From the human T2T-CHM13v2.0 reference genome, Homo sapiens, in assembly GCF_009914755.1 (NCBI RefSeq), contig NC_060930.1: a DNA stretch of 64,000 bases. One strand, 5' to 3'. The number at the start of each line of letters is the position of its first letter. The stretch's first letter is position 1. Shown here piece by piece: positions 1 to 13,935 of the stretch. Position numbers and translations under genes: made by a program. The notes beneath the pieces are model-generated. The model was not told the DNA's origin. It did not search any database and was given only the letters and a program-made list of their open reading frames with translations.

Positions 1-709
1 CTGAGAGAGTCCTGGAAGGCTTTACAATGCTGGTCACATATAAGGTGACCCTTCAAAGAGGAGTAGGATTTTGTCAGATGGACAGAAGGGAGGGCAGGAC
101 ATTCCATAAAAGGGAACGTTCAATGCAAAGGCCCAGAGTCTTAACATAGCATGTTTGGGAGAACAAAAAGTGATTTAGTATAAATGGAGGCTTGGAGCAA
201 ATTATTTAGAGATGATGACTGATACTCTCCCTAAGTATATAGATACTTGACAGTCCAAAAGAAAATTAGATATGTAATTCAGAATTTTAGAGCAGAAATA
301 AGTGGAGTTTGCTAGACAAAGCCCCTCTAAGTAACTATGTCTTGGTGAAGATTTGTCTCACCCAAATTAACTAAGGGCAAAGTCAACACTAGATTTCTTG
401 TCCACTAATCGACTTTGTTTGAAGTTGCCTGTGTGCCACACAGCCAGCTCTGACACCAGATTCAAACTGTTTGGCCTCATATTAGAAGTAGGGCCTTCAG
501 GAACACACATACACACACAACATCCAATGACTATAAGGTCGGAGGGCAGGTGGGAAAATGGTAATTTTTCACTTCAATAGTTTATAATACTGAACATCTT
601 TGAATGTTCTAATAAGAAAAAAACAAGAGAAGACATAAAAAGAATGAGGTAATACTATTATCTCTGCCAATGACAGAATAGGGGTCTAGCATTGTACTTG
701 TTGCATAGC

Positions 710-904
710 CAGTGGTGTGCTGGCAAATGTTTAACAGCCAGTATGCAGGGAAGGAATGGAACAGGGAGCTCATCTGTAGGGTTTTCCAGTTTCTATAGTG
801 TAAGTATGCTTCTGTGGCTGATTTCAAGCTACCACTGTGGTATAATGGAGATGCTAACAATTGGTTCTCAGAAGTTAGTACAAGCTGGTTTAAGTGCACC
901 ACTG
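710..904 (-). mobile_element. MER63-like hAT DNA transposon MITE
   Basis: TIRs CAGTGGTGTG...GCACCACTG; internal GATTTCAAGCTACC motif. Confidence 0.7.
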
Positions 905-1363
905 CTAGCAGAACTCAATAAGCATCCAGTAGATCCATCAACAACGAACCAACCACCACCTACAGGGCCTTCAACTTCCGCTGGCTTCAGTCAATGATTA
1001 AGCCACAGCTGCCCATTCCTGGCAGACAAAATGAAATAGTTAATCTATCTAGCTAAGAAGTGCTGCACTTCACAGAATATAAAGAGGCTAAACCCTCCTT
1101 TCCTAGCACTACGGCCCTCCTCTTCCCTACCTTAGCTCACCAGCATGGACTTGATCTTGGTCTAAATGATGCTGTTGTCCATCACACTTCCAGGAACAAG
1201 TATGACAAAAGCATTGGCCAGAACCAATGAAAAGATTCCTTTTGGAGTACTTAAGTCATTTAGCCTTGCTTGTGAAATTATTCTGAAATGAGGCAGGTGG
1301 AAGTTCAGCAGCAGTCATGCCAAAATCAAAGTCAAGTATGACATTCAGATATAATACTGAATG

Positions 1364-1670
1364 GGCTGGGCATGATGCCTCACACCTGTATTCTCAGCAC
1401 TTTGGAAGGCGGAGGCAGACAGATCACTTGAGTTCAGGAGTGTGAGACCAGCCTGGACAACATGGTGAAACCCCATCTCTACTAAAAATACAAAAATTAG
1501 CTGGGCATGGTGGCAGGTGCCTATAATCCCAGCTACTTGGGAGCCTAGGCAGGAGAATCACTCCACCGGAGGTGGAGGTTGCAGTGAGCTGAGATCTCAC
1601 CACTGCACTCGAGCCTGGGCAACAGAGTGAGACTCCATCTGAAATAAATAAATAAATTTTTCAAAAAGAG
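1364..1670 (+). mobile_element. Alu (AluS)
   Basis: Dimeric Alu, (TAAA)n tail, TSD ATAATACTGAATG. Confidence 0.95.
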
Positions 1671-4600
1671 ATAATACTGAATGATGAGAGGCGCCTATAT
1701 GGAAGCCTGATGATATTCACAAGCAACCAATAGAAAGGCAGCAGTTTATTTGCCACTATTAACATCACTGATGGTGTTGCACCCTTAATATAGATGAATA
1801 TGGATAAAAGTTCTGGAAAAAGTGCTAGTCTGCTTGCTTTCTTAGGACCTGAGCCATTCATCCCCCAGTCATGCTAAAGTGAGTATTTGAATGGTCTTTT
1901 AAAGAAAGGCTTTCTAGGGCTAGAAAACTGTGCTGGTAGCTTCCTCTGCAGGCCTTAACCACTTTATCAGCCCATCTGGCACTTCTATAACACTCACTGG
2001 GAGGCTTTCTGACTCTCCTAGCTTCAACCTAGCATTCTGATCTGCTGAATTGACTTTCTGATTCAACCGGGCCACCCTTCCAGCTCTCTGCTGCCCCCTT
2101 CTGTCGCCAAGCAGTAACGACTACGTTGGCCCCATCTTTTGGACAGGAATCTTGTACTCAAAACCAGTGACTTCTCTGTTCTTTCCCTTTTGGCCTCTGC
2201 ATGTTTCTCTGAACTGTTAACAACTCTTCCTGCTTTGTACTCTGGTTTGGCTTCAAAGACAGCTGTCTCTCCTGGACTTTTTCACAACTTCTCAGTTAAC
2301 ATTTGTGAGTCCTTTCCTGAATTTCCTCTTTTTATCTCATTAATAAAGAACATATTCAAACAAACAATTCAAGGACATCTGCTTCTTTCCTTCTATACTC
2401 ATTCCTAAGGGAAATTCTTCCCTTTACAGATTTTCAAACAACAGCCTCAATGGAAGTCACAGATTTCCATTACGAGAGCTAACATTTCATTTTCTCTATA
2501 GTCCTACATTTTTCACTTTTTTTTTTCACAGTCCTTATTTATACAGATTTCTGGGTTGGAGTTAGTTTAGCCAGCTGGTCTGGCCCTGGCATTCTAGCGA
2601 CTAGACTATGATGTCTAGACCTCAAAAGGGCAAATTGTGTAGGTCTTTCTGAGAAAATTAGAATATTACTTCCCGTGTGGATGTCCAGGAAACTTCCACT
2701 GGAAATTTATCAAAACTGGGGAGATGATGATTAATAACATCCAAAGAATAATCTAATATGTACACAAATGAGAGAAAAGTGAAAATAGGAACATTGTCTT
2801 GGTATGGACAAAGGGTTTGCTATGGCAGTCACCAGGCTAGTTTGTGTAGCCATGAGTTGAGGTTTCCTAACAAAACAAAGAGGTTCTTACCTCCAGAATG
2901 CTACTGGACCCACAAATATCAGGGACAGATTTGATGACTTCTTTAAGTTCCCTTCTTTAGGTTCTCACCTAGCAGTCTATAATTTTAGGATTGTGGAGAA
3001 TATTAGCAATAATTAAACATGGCAGCCCTTAATCAATGGCATTTAGACAAGAAGATGATGCATTAAACATGCTGTTTTCACTGTCCTCCCCATCTTCACC
3101 CCTGTGCAGCCCTGTTAAGAATGAACACATTAATAATTTACAAACGCGCACATATGCTAATCTATTTTCTAAAGTGATGGAAAGATTCATAGTTTGCCAG
3201 TGTCCGTTCCAAACAGCATGATTTATTGAGGATTAAGGTTTAAGCTTATCCTCTCTAAATTCATCCTCAGTAATAAGATTTTGGTTCATTTGAATGTAAA
3301 TGCTGCAGCTGAGTATCCAGAAGCTGCGTTTATTTAAATCCCTATCCAAGATATTACTGAACATGTTGCCTACATGTCTGACATAACTTTTTTGAAAGTA
3401 AGTTAACATTTACTCAGAAGTGAGCTGAGTCCACAATCAAATCACCTCATTTCTATTTTAAATAATTGTACTTTATTTCACCTTTAAACTTACCTTGGGT
3501 ACGTTCCACTTTTATTTTTTAAAATAGTATTTTTCTGTCGCTGAATAAAACCAGCTGACCCAAAGCAACTTCTATGCTGACAATTTGATCAAAGTAGATC
3601 ACTCTGAAGTAAGCATGACATATTCTGAGTAACGCAATATGCTTATTACAAAACAGCGTAAAAATGGCTTCATTACAATGTCAGTAGATAAAGACATTAC
3701 TAATATTGGATTTTACATATTCTAAGGAAGGAATGGGACAGACTATTTTTGGCTTTGAATGTGACAGACATAATTTCATCAGTCATAAAAATAAACCCAT
3801 GGTATGCAGATCTATCATTATATAAATGTGGAAAATTATACTCAATTAAAGTTTAATTTAAAGCAGTGAATATAACCAATATTTGATATACATACATATC
3901 AGAATTTAAGATTGAACGTAGTTAATATTACTGGAAAAAAATAATAAATTATTCAATTATCTTCTGTTTACACTGCACCCAGAAATATTTTGTAAAATCT
4001 CGCCTGCTTCAATTGTAAGTGGTTAGAAACTAGCAATAAATTAGTAAGTCTTGAATTCCTAGGTTTTAAATTTCAGGCAGCCAAATTGAAAAAAATACAA
4101 GATTGATAAAGTCATAAAAACTTTATGTAAACACATAGTTCACTGCTTTGAATTAAAGAGTAAACATAAAGATTAGTCACTAATTTGCTGATGGTTCTTA
4201 ACATTTCTTGGACATCTGCCAACATTTGTACATTTAAAGCTAGTAAAGAAACCAGAATTTCTTCAATCTTGCCACTAGATGGCATAGACTTGGAGACTCA
4301 GCCTTGGCTTAAAAGTAGTTTAAGCAAAACACAAAACACAGAATCTTTGTATGGTGGACATAGAGAAGAAAAGTTTGTATTAACTTGGGTCAAAGAGGAT
4401 AAGAAGAAGAATAAATAAATAATATTTCCCTACATCATATTTAAGTTTTCCGTATGAAAGTTTAGAATACAAGAATTTTATAATTTGTCATACATGGGAA
4501 CAGGGAAGAAAATTGGTGGTAAAAAATAAAATATATTCCTTGAAATTTATCCATTTTTAGCTATGAAAAAATTACCACAGGATAGGGAAGGATTAAAACC

Positions 4601-4786
4601 AGTGATTCCCCCTTTCCCCACTTTTGGAATGAACACAGGTAAATATATGCATGCAACTATTAGGAACAGATTAAAAATTAGTTGAATTTAAATTGAAAAC
4701 ATCTGGTGATCTATTGTGCAATTTAAATGCCTTAAATTTAGCTTTTTATTGATAAATATTCATGCTGATTTTCATTCCAAATAACA

Positions 4787-6090
4787 TTTTTAACAGCTTT
4801 ATTGAGATAAAATTTATATACCATAAAATCCAGCCATTCAAAGTGCACAATTCAGTGCTTGCTAGTATAGTCACAGGGTTGTACAACCATCACCATAATG
4901 TCAGGACATTTTTGTCCCCCTTGAAAGAATCCCTGTGTCTATTGGCTGTCATATCCATCCCCCTCCCTGTCCCACCTCATCAGCAACCTCTCATCTATTT
5001 GGTGTCTCTATGGACTTGCCTATTCTGGATATTTCATATAAATAGAATCATACAACATATGGTCTTTTGTGACTGATTTTGTTCATTTAGCATAATGTTT
5101 TCAAGATTTATCCGTATTTCAGTATGTATCAGAACTTCATTCCTTCTTAGGGCTGAAAATATTCCATTGTATAGATATCCCACATTTTCCTTATTCATTA
5201 ATCAGTTGAACATTTGGATTGTTTCTACTTTTTGGCTATTATGAATCATACTACTATGAACACTGGTGTAGAGGTATCTGTTTGAATTTGTTTTCAAATT
5301 TTGGAGTACATACCTAGGAGTGGCATTGCTGGGTTATTGGTAATTCTGCTTAACTTTCACAACAGCTCCACCTTTTACATTCCCACCAGCAACGTACAAA
5401 CATCTCAATTTATCTATATTTCTCCTTGGCAACATTTACTATTTCTGGGGTTTTTGTGTTTGCTTGTTTGTTTGTTTGTTTGTTTGTTTTGTATTGCCAT
5501 CCTAGAGGGTGTGAAATGGTATTTCATTGTGGCTTGACTTGCACTTCCCTAATGCCTGATGATATAAACCATCTTTTCATGTGCTTACTGGTCATTTGTA
5601 TATTTTCTTTAAAGAAATATCTATTCAAATCCTTTGCCTATTTGTAACTGGGTTGTTCGTCTTTTTTTATTGAGTTCTATGAGTTCTTTGTGTATTCTGA
5701 ATATAAATCTCTTATCAGACACGTGGTTTCCAAATATTATTCCTGTGCTGTGGATTGTCTTTTCACTTTCTTAATGGCATCCTCTGTAGGGCAAACTTTT
5801 AAAAAAATTGTACATAGTTTAATTCACCATTTTTTTGGTCACCTTTGCTTTTGGTGTCGTATCTAAGAAACTATTGTCTAACACAAAGTCACTAAGATTT
5901 ACTCCTATGTTTTCTTATAAGAGTTTGATTGCTCTTACATGAGATTTATGATCCATTTTGAGTTAACTATGTACCTCACATACAGTGTGAGGTAGAGCTC
6001 CAACTTCATTCTTTTGCATTTGGATATAGAGGTGTCTCACCATTATTTGTTGAAAAGACTATTATTGCCCGATTACTGAATTGTTTTGGT
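4787..6090 (-). mobile_element. L1MB-type LINE-1 3' fragment
   Basis: Antisense L1M 3'UTR (CAGCTTTATTGAGATAAAATTTATATACC...) followed by an ORF2 end. Confidence 0.85.
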
Positions 6091-7054
6091 CCAAGTAACA
6101 TTTTGTATCTTAAATAATTTGCATCGTTTGAAAGTAAAATTAAGAAGTATTATACCAGATGCTTTACTGAGGCTCAAACATTCAAAGGTTATACATTTCA
6201 AATAAGTTTGTGATTTCAACACAACTCTATGCCTAGCATCAGTAGATATGCAATAAAATGTTGATAAATGAATAAACATACAAACCTGTTTAATTTTTGT
6301 TTTCAAAAATCAAGTTATGTATCTCCACCTTCATTTTGCTTCATATATTTTATTTACAAACTACAAAATTCTGAGATTTCATAATACAGGACACTAGTAA
6401 ATTTACTAAATGCTTGTTGATGTCTATTTGCTTCTTGATAAAAGTTGTTAATGTAAGAAAACTTGTTTAGAAGACTACATATATTGAAAAAGCATCTGGC
6501 TAAGTGGTCCAATTTACCTGGAACCTTTTTTTTTTTAAACATTTCTCATCAGTGCTGTCTCTCAAACTAACCAATCTGCTGGTAGCAACCACACATGATA
6601 TACAAAATGCATCATCAACTTACCTAAGAAAAGTTAGTAATTACTTAAGAAAAGTACTATACAATGTGAGGATCATAACAATTAACACCAATTATTGAAC
6701 ATTGTACAGGTACTTTATGTCTGGTTAAGCTAATGGCCTAGAGTGGCAAAATTAGTATGCTGTGGAACCTGTGCTGAAACCCAGATCTGACTCCAAAAAC
6801 AATGTTGCTGGCCTCTTTATTGTGTCATCCGAAGACAGTATGGATTGTGTTAAATTCCCCTATGAAGACCTAACACAGGTGTCTCTAGATAAGTAGACAG
6901 GATTTGTATTTATAATGGTAACACTGAGGAGGTTCAGGGGCGCATAAGATCCCCCATTTCAAAATGTGTTCCCCACCCAATATATTACTACAAATGTACA
7001 CACAACTGTAAACAGCATAACAGAATGTGAAGCATGACAGCATTCATCATTTGT

Positions 7055-7745
7055 TCTTTTATTCATTCATTCAGCAAATATTTAGAGTGCTGGTTATGAA
7101 CTAGACATTATCCTAGGCATTGGAGATTCATCAATAAACAAGACAATGTTCTTGCAATCATGGACCTTCTTGAGAGTGAATAGACTGAGATAAGAAATAC
7201 AGGTATCTAAAAATAGAATAAGATCATTTTTGGTGGTGAAAAAGCTATGAAGAAAATTCAAAAGGATGATTAAATAAAGAGTTATGAGAGGGGAAGGGCT
7301 ACTTTGGCTCAGAGAGTCAGCAAAGGTCTCTGTGAAAGTAATATTTGGACCCATACCAAAAACATGAAAAGGAGTGAGCTATGTGAAGATCTGGGAAAAA
7401 GGAGTTCTAGGTAGAGGGAACAGCAAGTGAAAACACATGGAGGTGAGAATGAGCCTAGCTGTTGGAGGAAGAGATAGAGATAGGTGATGGAACATAGTAG
7501 ATGAGGGTGAGAGTGGTGGAGATGAAGTCTGGACAATAGGCTTCACATAAGCTCTTGTCCATCACAATAAGGAGTTTGGTTATTAATCTAATCATTTTGG
7601 GTAAACATTAGAGAATTTTAAGCAAAAAATAATATTGCCAGTGAATATGGTGAGAAGTAATTCAAGATATATTTTACAGGTAGAACCAGGAGAGCTTGTT
7701 GAAGTATCATATATACAGGTGAGAAAGAGAAAGAGTTAGATTCAT
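7055..7745 (-). mobile_element. L2 LINE fragment
   Basis: (ATTC)n-CAGCAAATATTT antisense L2 3' end followed by purine-rich L2 body. Confidence 0.75.
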
Positions 7746-8148
7746 GAAGCCAGGTACTTACACTGTAAAACATAATTCATACTTCTATTTTTGCAAAATA
7801 GAAATTGCAAATTTCCTAACATTATTGAAATTAAAAGAAAAACTGTGCTTCCTCTCTTCCTCGTCTTCTGCATCTCATCCCCACAGAGAATTGTATCATC
7901 ATCACATCAGTTTCTGCATTCCAATAATTTTAGTCACACCATGCCTGTGCTGTGAATGACACATAGTTTATTGTACCAATGTGCTATGCACAGGAGGAAA
8001 GACAGAGTTATTCTTTCCAAGAAAACAAAAATCAACTATCTTGCCATATTCACCAAAGTGCTTTTCCCTTAAATAATTGAGTGTGTCCCTAGTGGTAAAC
8101 GCGTCTGGGATTACTTGCCCCATCCATAGCCCCTTCTCTGAAAACTAC

Positions 8149-8510
8149 TGATAAGGTTTGGCTCTGTGTCCCATCCCCCACAACTCACTTTGGATTGTAA
8201 TAATCCCCACGTGTGATGGGAGAGACCCGGTGGGAGGTAATTGTATCTTGGGGGCGAGTTTTTCCCATGCTGTTCTCGTGATAGTGAATAAGTCTCATGA
8301 GATCTGATGGTTTTATAAAGGGGAGTTCCCCTACAGAAGCTCTCTTGTCTGCCAGCATGTAAGACGTCCCTTTCCTCTTCCTTTGTCTTCCACCATGATT
8401 GTGAGGCCTCCCCAGCCATGTGGAACTGTGAGTCCATTAAACCTCTTTCCTTTATAAATTACGTGGTCTCGGGTATGTCTTTATTAGCAACATGAGAAGA
8501 GATTAATACA
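8149..8510 (+). mobile_element. THE1 (THE1C-like) MaLR solo LTR
   Basis: TGATAAGGTTTGG...TAATACA; perfect 5-bp TSD ACTAC. Confidence 0.92.
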
Positions 8511-10272
8511 ACTACCTTTACCTATAATCTCACCCAAGGAACCAGCCCAGACATCCATGTTTGTACCATGTAATTTCATTCCCTACCCCCAACACATACG
8601 CGATTGGATCAGGATTGCCGGCTAGTTTATTAGTAGATAAAAGCGTTGATAAAGCAAAGACAAAGAGAGCCCACTAGTGTTAGGTTCTGGAACTGACAAG
8701 TCACGGAGAGAGAACTTGAAACCATACCAAGGTGAGACAAAGCCAAGTACATGCTGCAGTTATGGGGAAAAGAAACTGTAGCGGGTCAGGAGACGGGAAA
8801 GACCAGACCGGTATAAAGACAGATAGTGGAAGACCAAAACATAGAAACAAGAGAGCATGCAGACTTAGAATTCAACAATCTAATGGTTTGGGTGGGTGTT
8901 TTGCAACCAGAAGTCCTGGCTGAAACAATCCCCTACTCCATTCAACATATACAAATACCTGACTTTAACTCAACTTTTATTAGGAAAAAATCTAAAGCCT
9001 GGCTATAGTGGGCCATTGGTGGATATTTTTGACCAACTGACCTATCTTCCATTCAATGAAACAAGATTCTGTCTCAGAGTATGGATCTTCCAAGATAGCT
9101 CGAGATCGTCAAGATCATTAAACCCTCTGTGACTCATGGAAAGGGAAGGAGTTTAAAAATTTTATCTCCTCTTTCCAAAAATCCCTAACTGGTATTCCAT
9201 GACACTTAAAAAAACTTTCATGATTGAAACTACAACAAAAGGCTTTTTTTTCTGGCCAATATTGCATGTACTATCACTAATTTTCTAGCTGAGATTAGAA
9301 TATGTATAGTGATAAGATGAAGTATATGAAAGTTACATTATCATATTGTGCTATATTGTAGAACCAAAACAAAAAGAAATTGTGAAGGTCTGTCACTGGA
9401 AATGTGTGAGAACCTGATAAGAAAAAGGGAGTCTGGAATGTGACAAAATCCATGGATAAATATAACTAAGTGTAGCAAAACTCGAACAATAGATATTCTG
9501 GGCACTAAAAGATCTAAAATAGAAACAAGGACAAAATGATATATTTTTAACTGTATATTCACACACATACTGTATTCCTATGTAGGTATGCCCTATACAT
9601 ATGTGTATATGAATACATGAAGAAAAGGCCAGGGGAAGACACACCAGCTGATAATAACTGTGATTACCTCTGGAAAAGCTACATGAGTGGTCAACAGGGA
9701 CTTGGGCTTCATCTATAATGTCTGACTTTTTTTTACATGAAATACTTACATCATTAAACATACTTTTTAATTATTTAGAAAAATATTGAACAAACAAGAA
9801 TGAAAAAAGAAAAAGCTGCATAAGAAACTGTGCTAATGTGAAAATAGTTGCAAAATATAGGGATGTGGTGTTACCCAGTTTGCCAACCTGTGAACCTATG
9901 GAAGTCATGGCTAAAAGTTTACAAATTCATGCTACCAGATTCTGACACAAAACTTTAACGAGTCTTTACCATCAGCTGTTTTATTGAAATGAGAAGAAAT
10001 AAGATTTATCTACATACTGCCCAATGGCATAATTAGATAATTCTAGATTCCCTTAGAGTTCAGTTCTCAACAAAAGATGAACAGTCCTGGGCTCTTTCTC
10101 AACCAACCTTGATAAAATCTGAAAAGCTGTCCCTGTCAGGAAAGCTGGTAACAGATTAGCTGAAGCAGTAGTGCTGATAAGGAGCTTCAAACCCTTAAAG
10201 TCTGAGGTGCCTCTATTGCAAAAAATTAGCTGTGGACAAATAGGAAACAACAAATAACAGGCGACCTGTTCT

Positions 10273-10652
10273 TTTTTTTTTTTTTTTTTAATTATACTTT
10301 AAGTTTTAGGGTACGTGTGCACAATGTGCAGGTTAGTTACATATGTATACATGTGCCATGTTGGTGTGCTGCACCCATTAACTCGTCATTTAGCATTAGG
10401 TATATCTCCTAAAGCTATCCCTCCCCCCTCCCCCCACCCCTCAACAGTCCCCAGAGTGTGATGTTCCCCTTCCTGTGTCCATGTGTTCTCATTGTTCAAT
10501 TCCCACCTATGAGTGAGAATATGCGGTGTTTGGTTTTTTGTTCTTGCGATAGTTTACTGAGAATGATGATTTCCAATTTCATCCATGTCCCTACAAAGGA
10601 CATGAACTCATCATTTTTTATGGCTGCATAGTATTCCATGGTGTATATGTGG
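10273..10652 (-). mobile_element. Young 5'-truncated L1PA (L1PA2/3-like)
   Basis: Poly(T) plus near-consensus L1PA 3'UTR; perfect 16-bp TSD ACAGGCGACCTGTTCT (10257-10272 and 10653-10668); non-Ta GAG diagnostic. Confidence 0.93.
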
Positions 10653-11369
10653 ACAGGCGACCTGTTCTAAGAATTGCTGTTAAGGCACAACCTAAGATTG
10701 ATATATCAAATAGTTGTCCCTCTCGTCATTTCTTAATCACCCCATTCAAAGCACCCTAAGTTATACAACACATAACTGAAATTTCTAACATTGAACCAAA
10801 AACCACCCCAACCATTTATCAGAATGCTAATCACACTTTTAAAACATTACTTTCAAAAAAGAAAAATTAAAAGAAAGAAACAGAATGAGAAATTCACTTG
10901 CTTGTGTGCTAGATATTTTAAACCTTTTCAAAATCATGACCTAACCTAAAATGTTCTAGAAGCACAAAGTAAAATCATATTTATATCCATGTGCCTTACA
11001 GACATCCTCCTTACCTCATTGAAGGTATTCTGAAGGAAAATTTGAGAGATCATTTTGGTACTAAAATGAAAGGTCCCTCTTTAAAAATGTATATAGAATG
11101 TTAGGAAAATATTCAAAATGTCTAGGAGAAAGACTAGAAGAGAGATTTCCCTTGGAGTATTTTTCTTCTGTTTTTGAAAGGAAAAACACAAATAAATTAG
11201 TGAAGATATCAATTTAAAAGCACTCATATTCCCCGCTTTTCTGTGCACATTACTGAATACTGTAAATAGGGTGTATGAACTTCCAATTGATTTTCCACAA
11301 ATAACTACAGATTTGCACACATTTATTCATTCTTTTACAGTGCCCTGTGGGTCCAATACATTCATTTGC

Positions 11370-11475
11370 ACAGTGGCTAGAGACAGTCTAGGAGAGATGC
11401 TGCAGGCCCCAAAGCAAGTGGGGCTAACTGGACTATGTGAGAATTGAACCCATGACCTTGGCCTCCACTAGGCTA
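11370..11475 (-). mobile_element. Ancient tRNA-derived SINE relic (MamSINE1-like)
   Basis: GCTAACTGG...ATTGAACCCATGACCTTGGCC is the antisense of a tRNA-like head. Confidence 0.45.
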
Positions 11476-11716
11476 TAATCAAAAGAGTTAATAACCGACC
11501 AACAACTGCTCAGATAACGGCAATTTCCAAGCATAACAATAAGAAGAACAGTACTTCAGAAAATAAAATTTTAAGTATGCTGTTGAAAACCTGGATAGCA
11601 AATAGTGGAGCAAAAAATAAATACCTGCTTTCTAGTCAAGTCCAAAATACTTTCTTATTGTTGTTGTTGTTAAATCTCAGATAACTTTTGGTGAAATAAT
11701 TTTGAATGTATATTTT

Positions 11717-12037
11717 ATTTCTTCTTCTTCTTTGTTTTTTGTTTGTTTGTTTGTTTTGAGACAGTTTCCCTCAGTTGCCCAGGCTGCAGTGCAGTGGCGC
11801 AATCTCGGCTTATCACAACCTCCACCTCCAATGCTCAAGCGATTCTCCTACCTCAGCCTCCCGAGTAGCTGGGATTATGGGCATGCACCACTATACCCAG
11901 CTAATCTGTGTATTTTTGGTAGAGACAGGTTTTCATCATTTTGCCAAGACTAGTCTCAAACTCCTGGCCTCAAGTCATTCTCCCAGCTCAGCCTCCCAAA
12001 GTGCTGGGATTACAGGCATGAGCCATCACACCTGGCC
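11717..12037 (-). mobile_element. Alu
   Basis: Antisense Alu; TSD core AATGTATATTTT. Confidence 0.95.
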
Positions 12038-12371
12038 TCAAATGTATATTTTTAACCTAAAGTGTTTCTTATGTGTAGTTAAACAAGTCTTTATCCATTC
12101 AAAAAATATATGAGACTGTTAAGAGTTCATCGCTATGGGAACAATAATAAGCTATTGATGAGAAAGGACTGAGTAATAAGCTAAAGTAGAAACAAGTTAG
12201 TAATCCATTAACTTGTAAGTTAGTTACTAGCTTCTGTACGTGTATCTGCTACAGAAAAAACAAAAGCAACCACAATGTTCAACACAAGCTACCAGCAACG
12301 TTCAGCTCCATAAACAGCTCTCCATAGGTCCCAGATGAAGAGAAGGGCCAGACAAACCGAAAGTGAGGAAC

Positions 12372-12650
12372 TGTAATGGTTAATTTTATGGGCTGACTGG
12401 GCTAGGCCAAAGTACCCAGTACTTGGTCAAACATCAATCTAGAGTCTCCTGTGAAGGTATTTTATGGATGTTATTATTATGTAAACAGTAGATTTAGAAT
12501 AAAGCAGATCATCCCTCATAATGTGTGTGGGCCTACTCTGCTTAGGTGAAGGCCTTAAAAGAAAACAGACTGAGTATCTACGGAGGAAGAAAGGATTTTG
12601 CCTGTAGCCTACTTTCATTCTCAAACTGCAGCATGAACTCTTCCCTGGGA
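12372..12650 (+). mobile_element. MLT2 (ERVL LTR) 5' fragment
   Basis: TGTAATGGTTAATTTTATG...TTGGTCAAACATC...GCAGATCATCCCTCATAATGTG. Confidence 0.7.
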
Positions 12651-13065
12651 CTGTAGGAGGGCAGAGGTGGACTAAGGGGGACCTGTCAGATGCTGTACTT
12701 CAGGAAAGAAATGATAGTGACCCTAGTCATTAGGTGGTAGACATGCAATTCCATCAATACATGGGTGGGAGAATTCCAAATTGGAGCTGCATCTCTTTGG
12801 AAATACTGGGTCCTGAAGGCTGCCGCTGATTATACCATAGAACGATGACCAAGCCTTATGCATGGATCCAGCTAAGTATTCTTACAAGTTCCTGAGGCGG
12901 GCAGGCAGGAAAATCAACCAGCTACTTTGCAATTACCGTAACTATATTTATAATTATGGTCATGTGCCACATAACAATGTTACAGTCAATGGCCAACTGT
13001 ATATATGACTGTGGCCCCATGAGATTATAATGGACCTGAAAAACTATCACTCAGTGATGTCATAG

Positions 13066-13829
13066 TGAAACTGCCTTTGCAAGATTGTAACTGAGGAGAT
13101 TATGACAGTGAAAGAGATCAGACCTAACCGACTCTATCTTGCTTCTAACCCCTAAGCTGTCCTTGTTTATTCCTGAGCAAGGAACTTTGGGAAGGAATTC
13201 AGTTCATGGTTTGACTCTGAAACAACATTGATAACAGCCCTTTCCTGAAAAGACCCCCTTCTTGCCTGGGGTCCAGTCTGCCTTTGCAGGACTACCAAAT
13301 TACCTACAAGATTGGAAATTGCAGTTTGGGGGTCACGCAGCCTCTGGGTCCAAGAGTCTGAACCTCCCCAGGGGGTCACACAGCCTCTGGCTCCAAGAGT
13401 CTGAACCTCCCCAAATTGCTCCTGGGGATATCGTCAATATTGTAAAACCTAAGATCAGGGCTTGAGATATGTTGCAGACCCTGCACTCGATGGATCAGCT
13501 GACACCACCCACACCAGTAATCTGGGCCAACCAGTTCTGCCATCTCACCCAGAACAGAAGACATTTAAAAAACCTAACTTCAACCCCCTATGATTCCATT
13601 TCCAACCTGACCAATCAGCACTCCCCACTTCCCAAGGCCCTACCCGTCAAATTAGCTTTAAAAACTCTGATCCCTGAATGTTTGGGGAGACTGATTTGAA
13701 TAATAATAAAACTCCAGTCCCCTGCACAGCAGCTCTGCATGAATTACTCTTTCTCCATTGCAAATTCCTTGTCTCGATAAATCAGTTCTGTCCAGGCAGC
13801 AGGCAAGGCGAACCCACTGGGCGGTTACA
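13066..13829 (+). mobile_element. LTR8-family solo LTR (LTR8B-like, ERV1)
   Basis: TGAAACTGCCTTTGC...GGGCGGTTACA; 4-bp TSD ATAG; AATAAA at ~13704. Confidence 0.85.
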
Positions 13830-13935
13830 ATAGCCATTGTGAAATTGTAGTGCGTAACACATTACTTACAAGTTTGTGATGATGCTGGTATAAACAAATC
13901 TTGGTGCTGCCAGTCTTACAAAAGCATAACATTAT

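Noticed and set aside
692-997. 101-aa ORF
   Set aside because: Non-ATG start; overlaps a MER63 MITE; no recognisable homology.
11424-11470. Possible tRNA gene on the minus strand
   Set aside because: Only a partial T-arm-like motif and no cloverleaf; better explained as an ancient SINE head.
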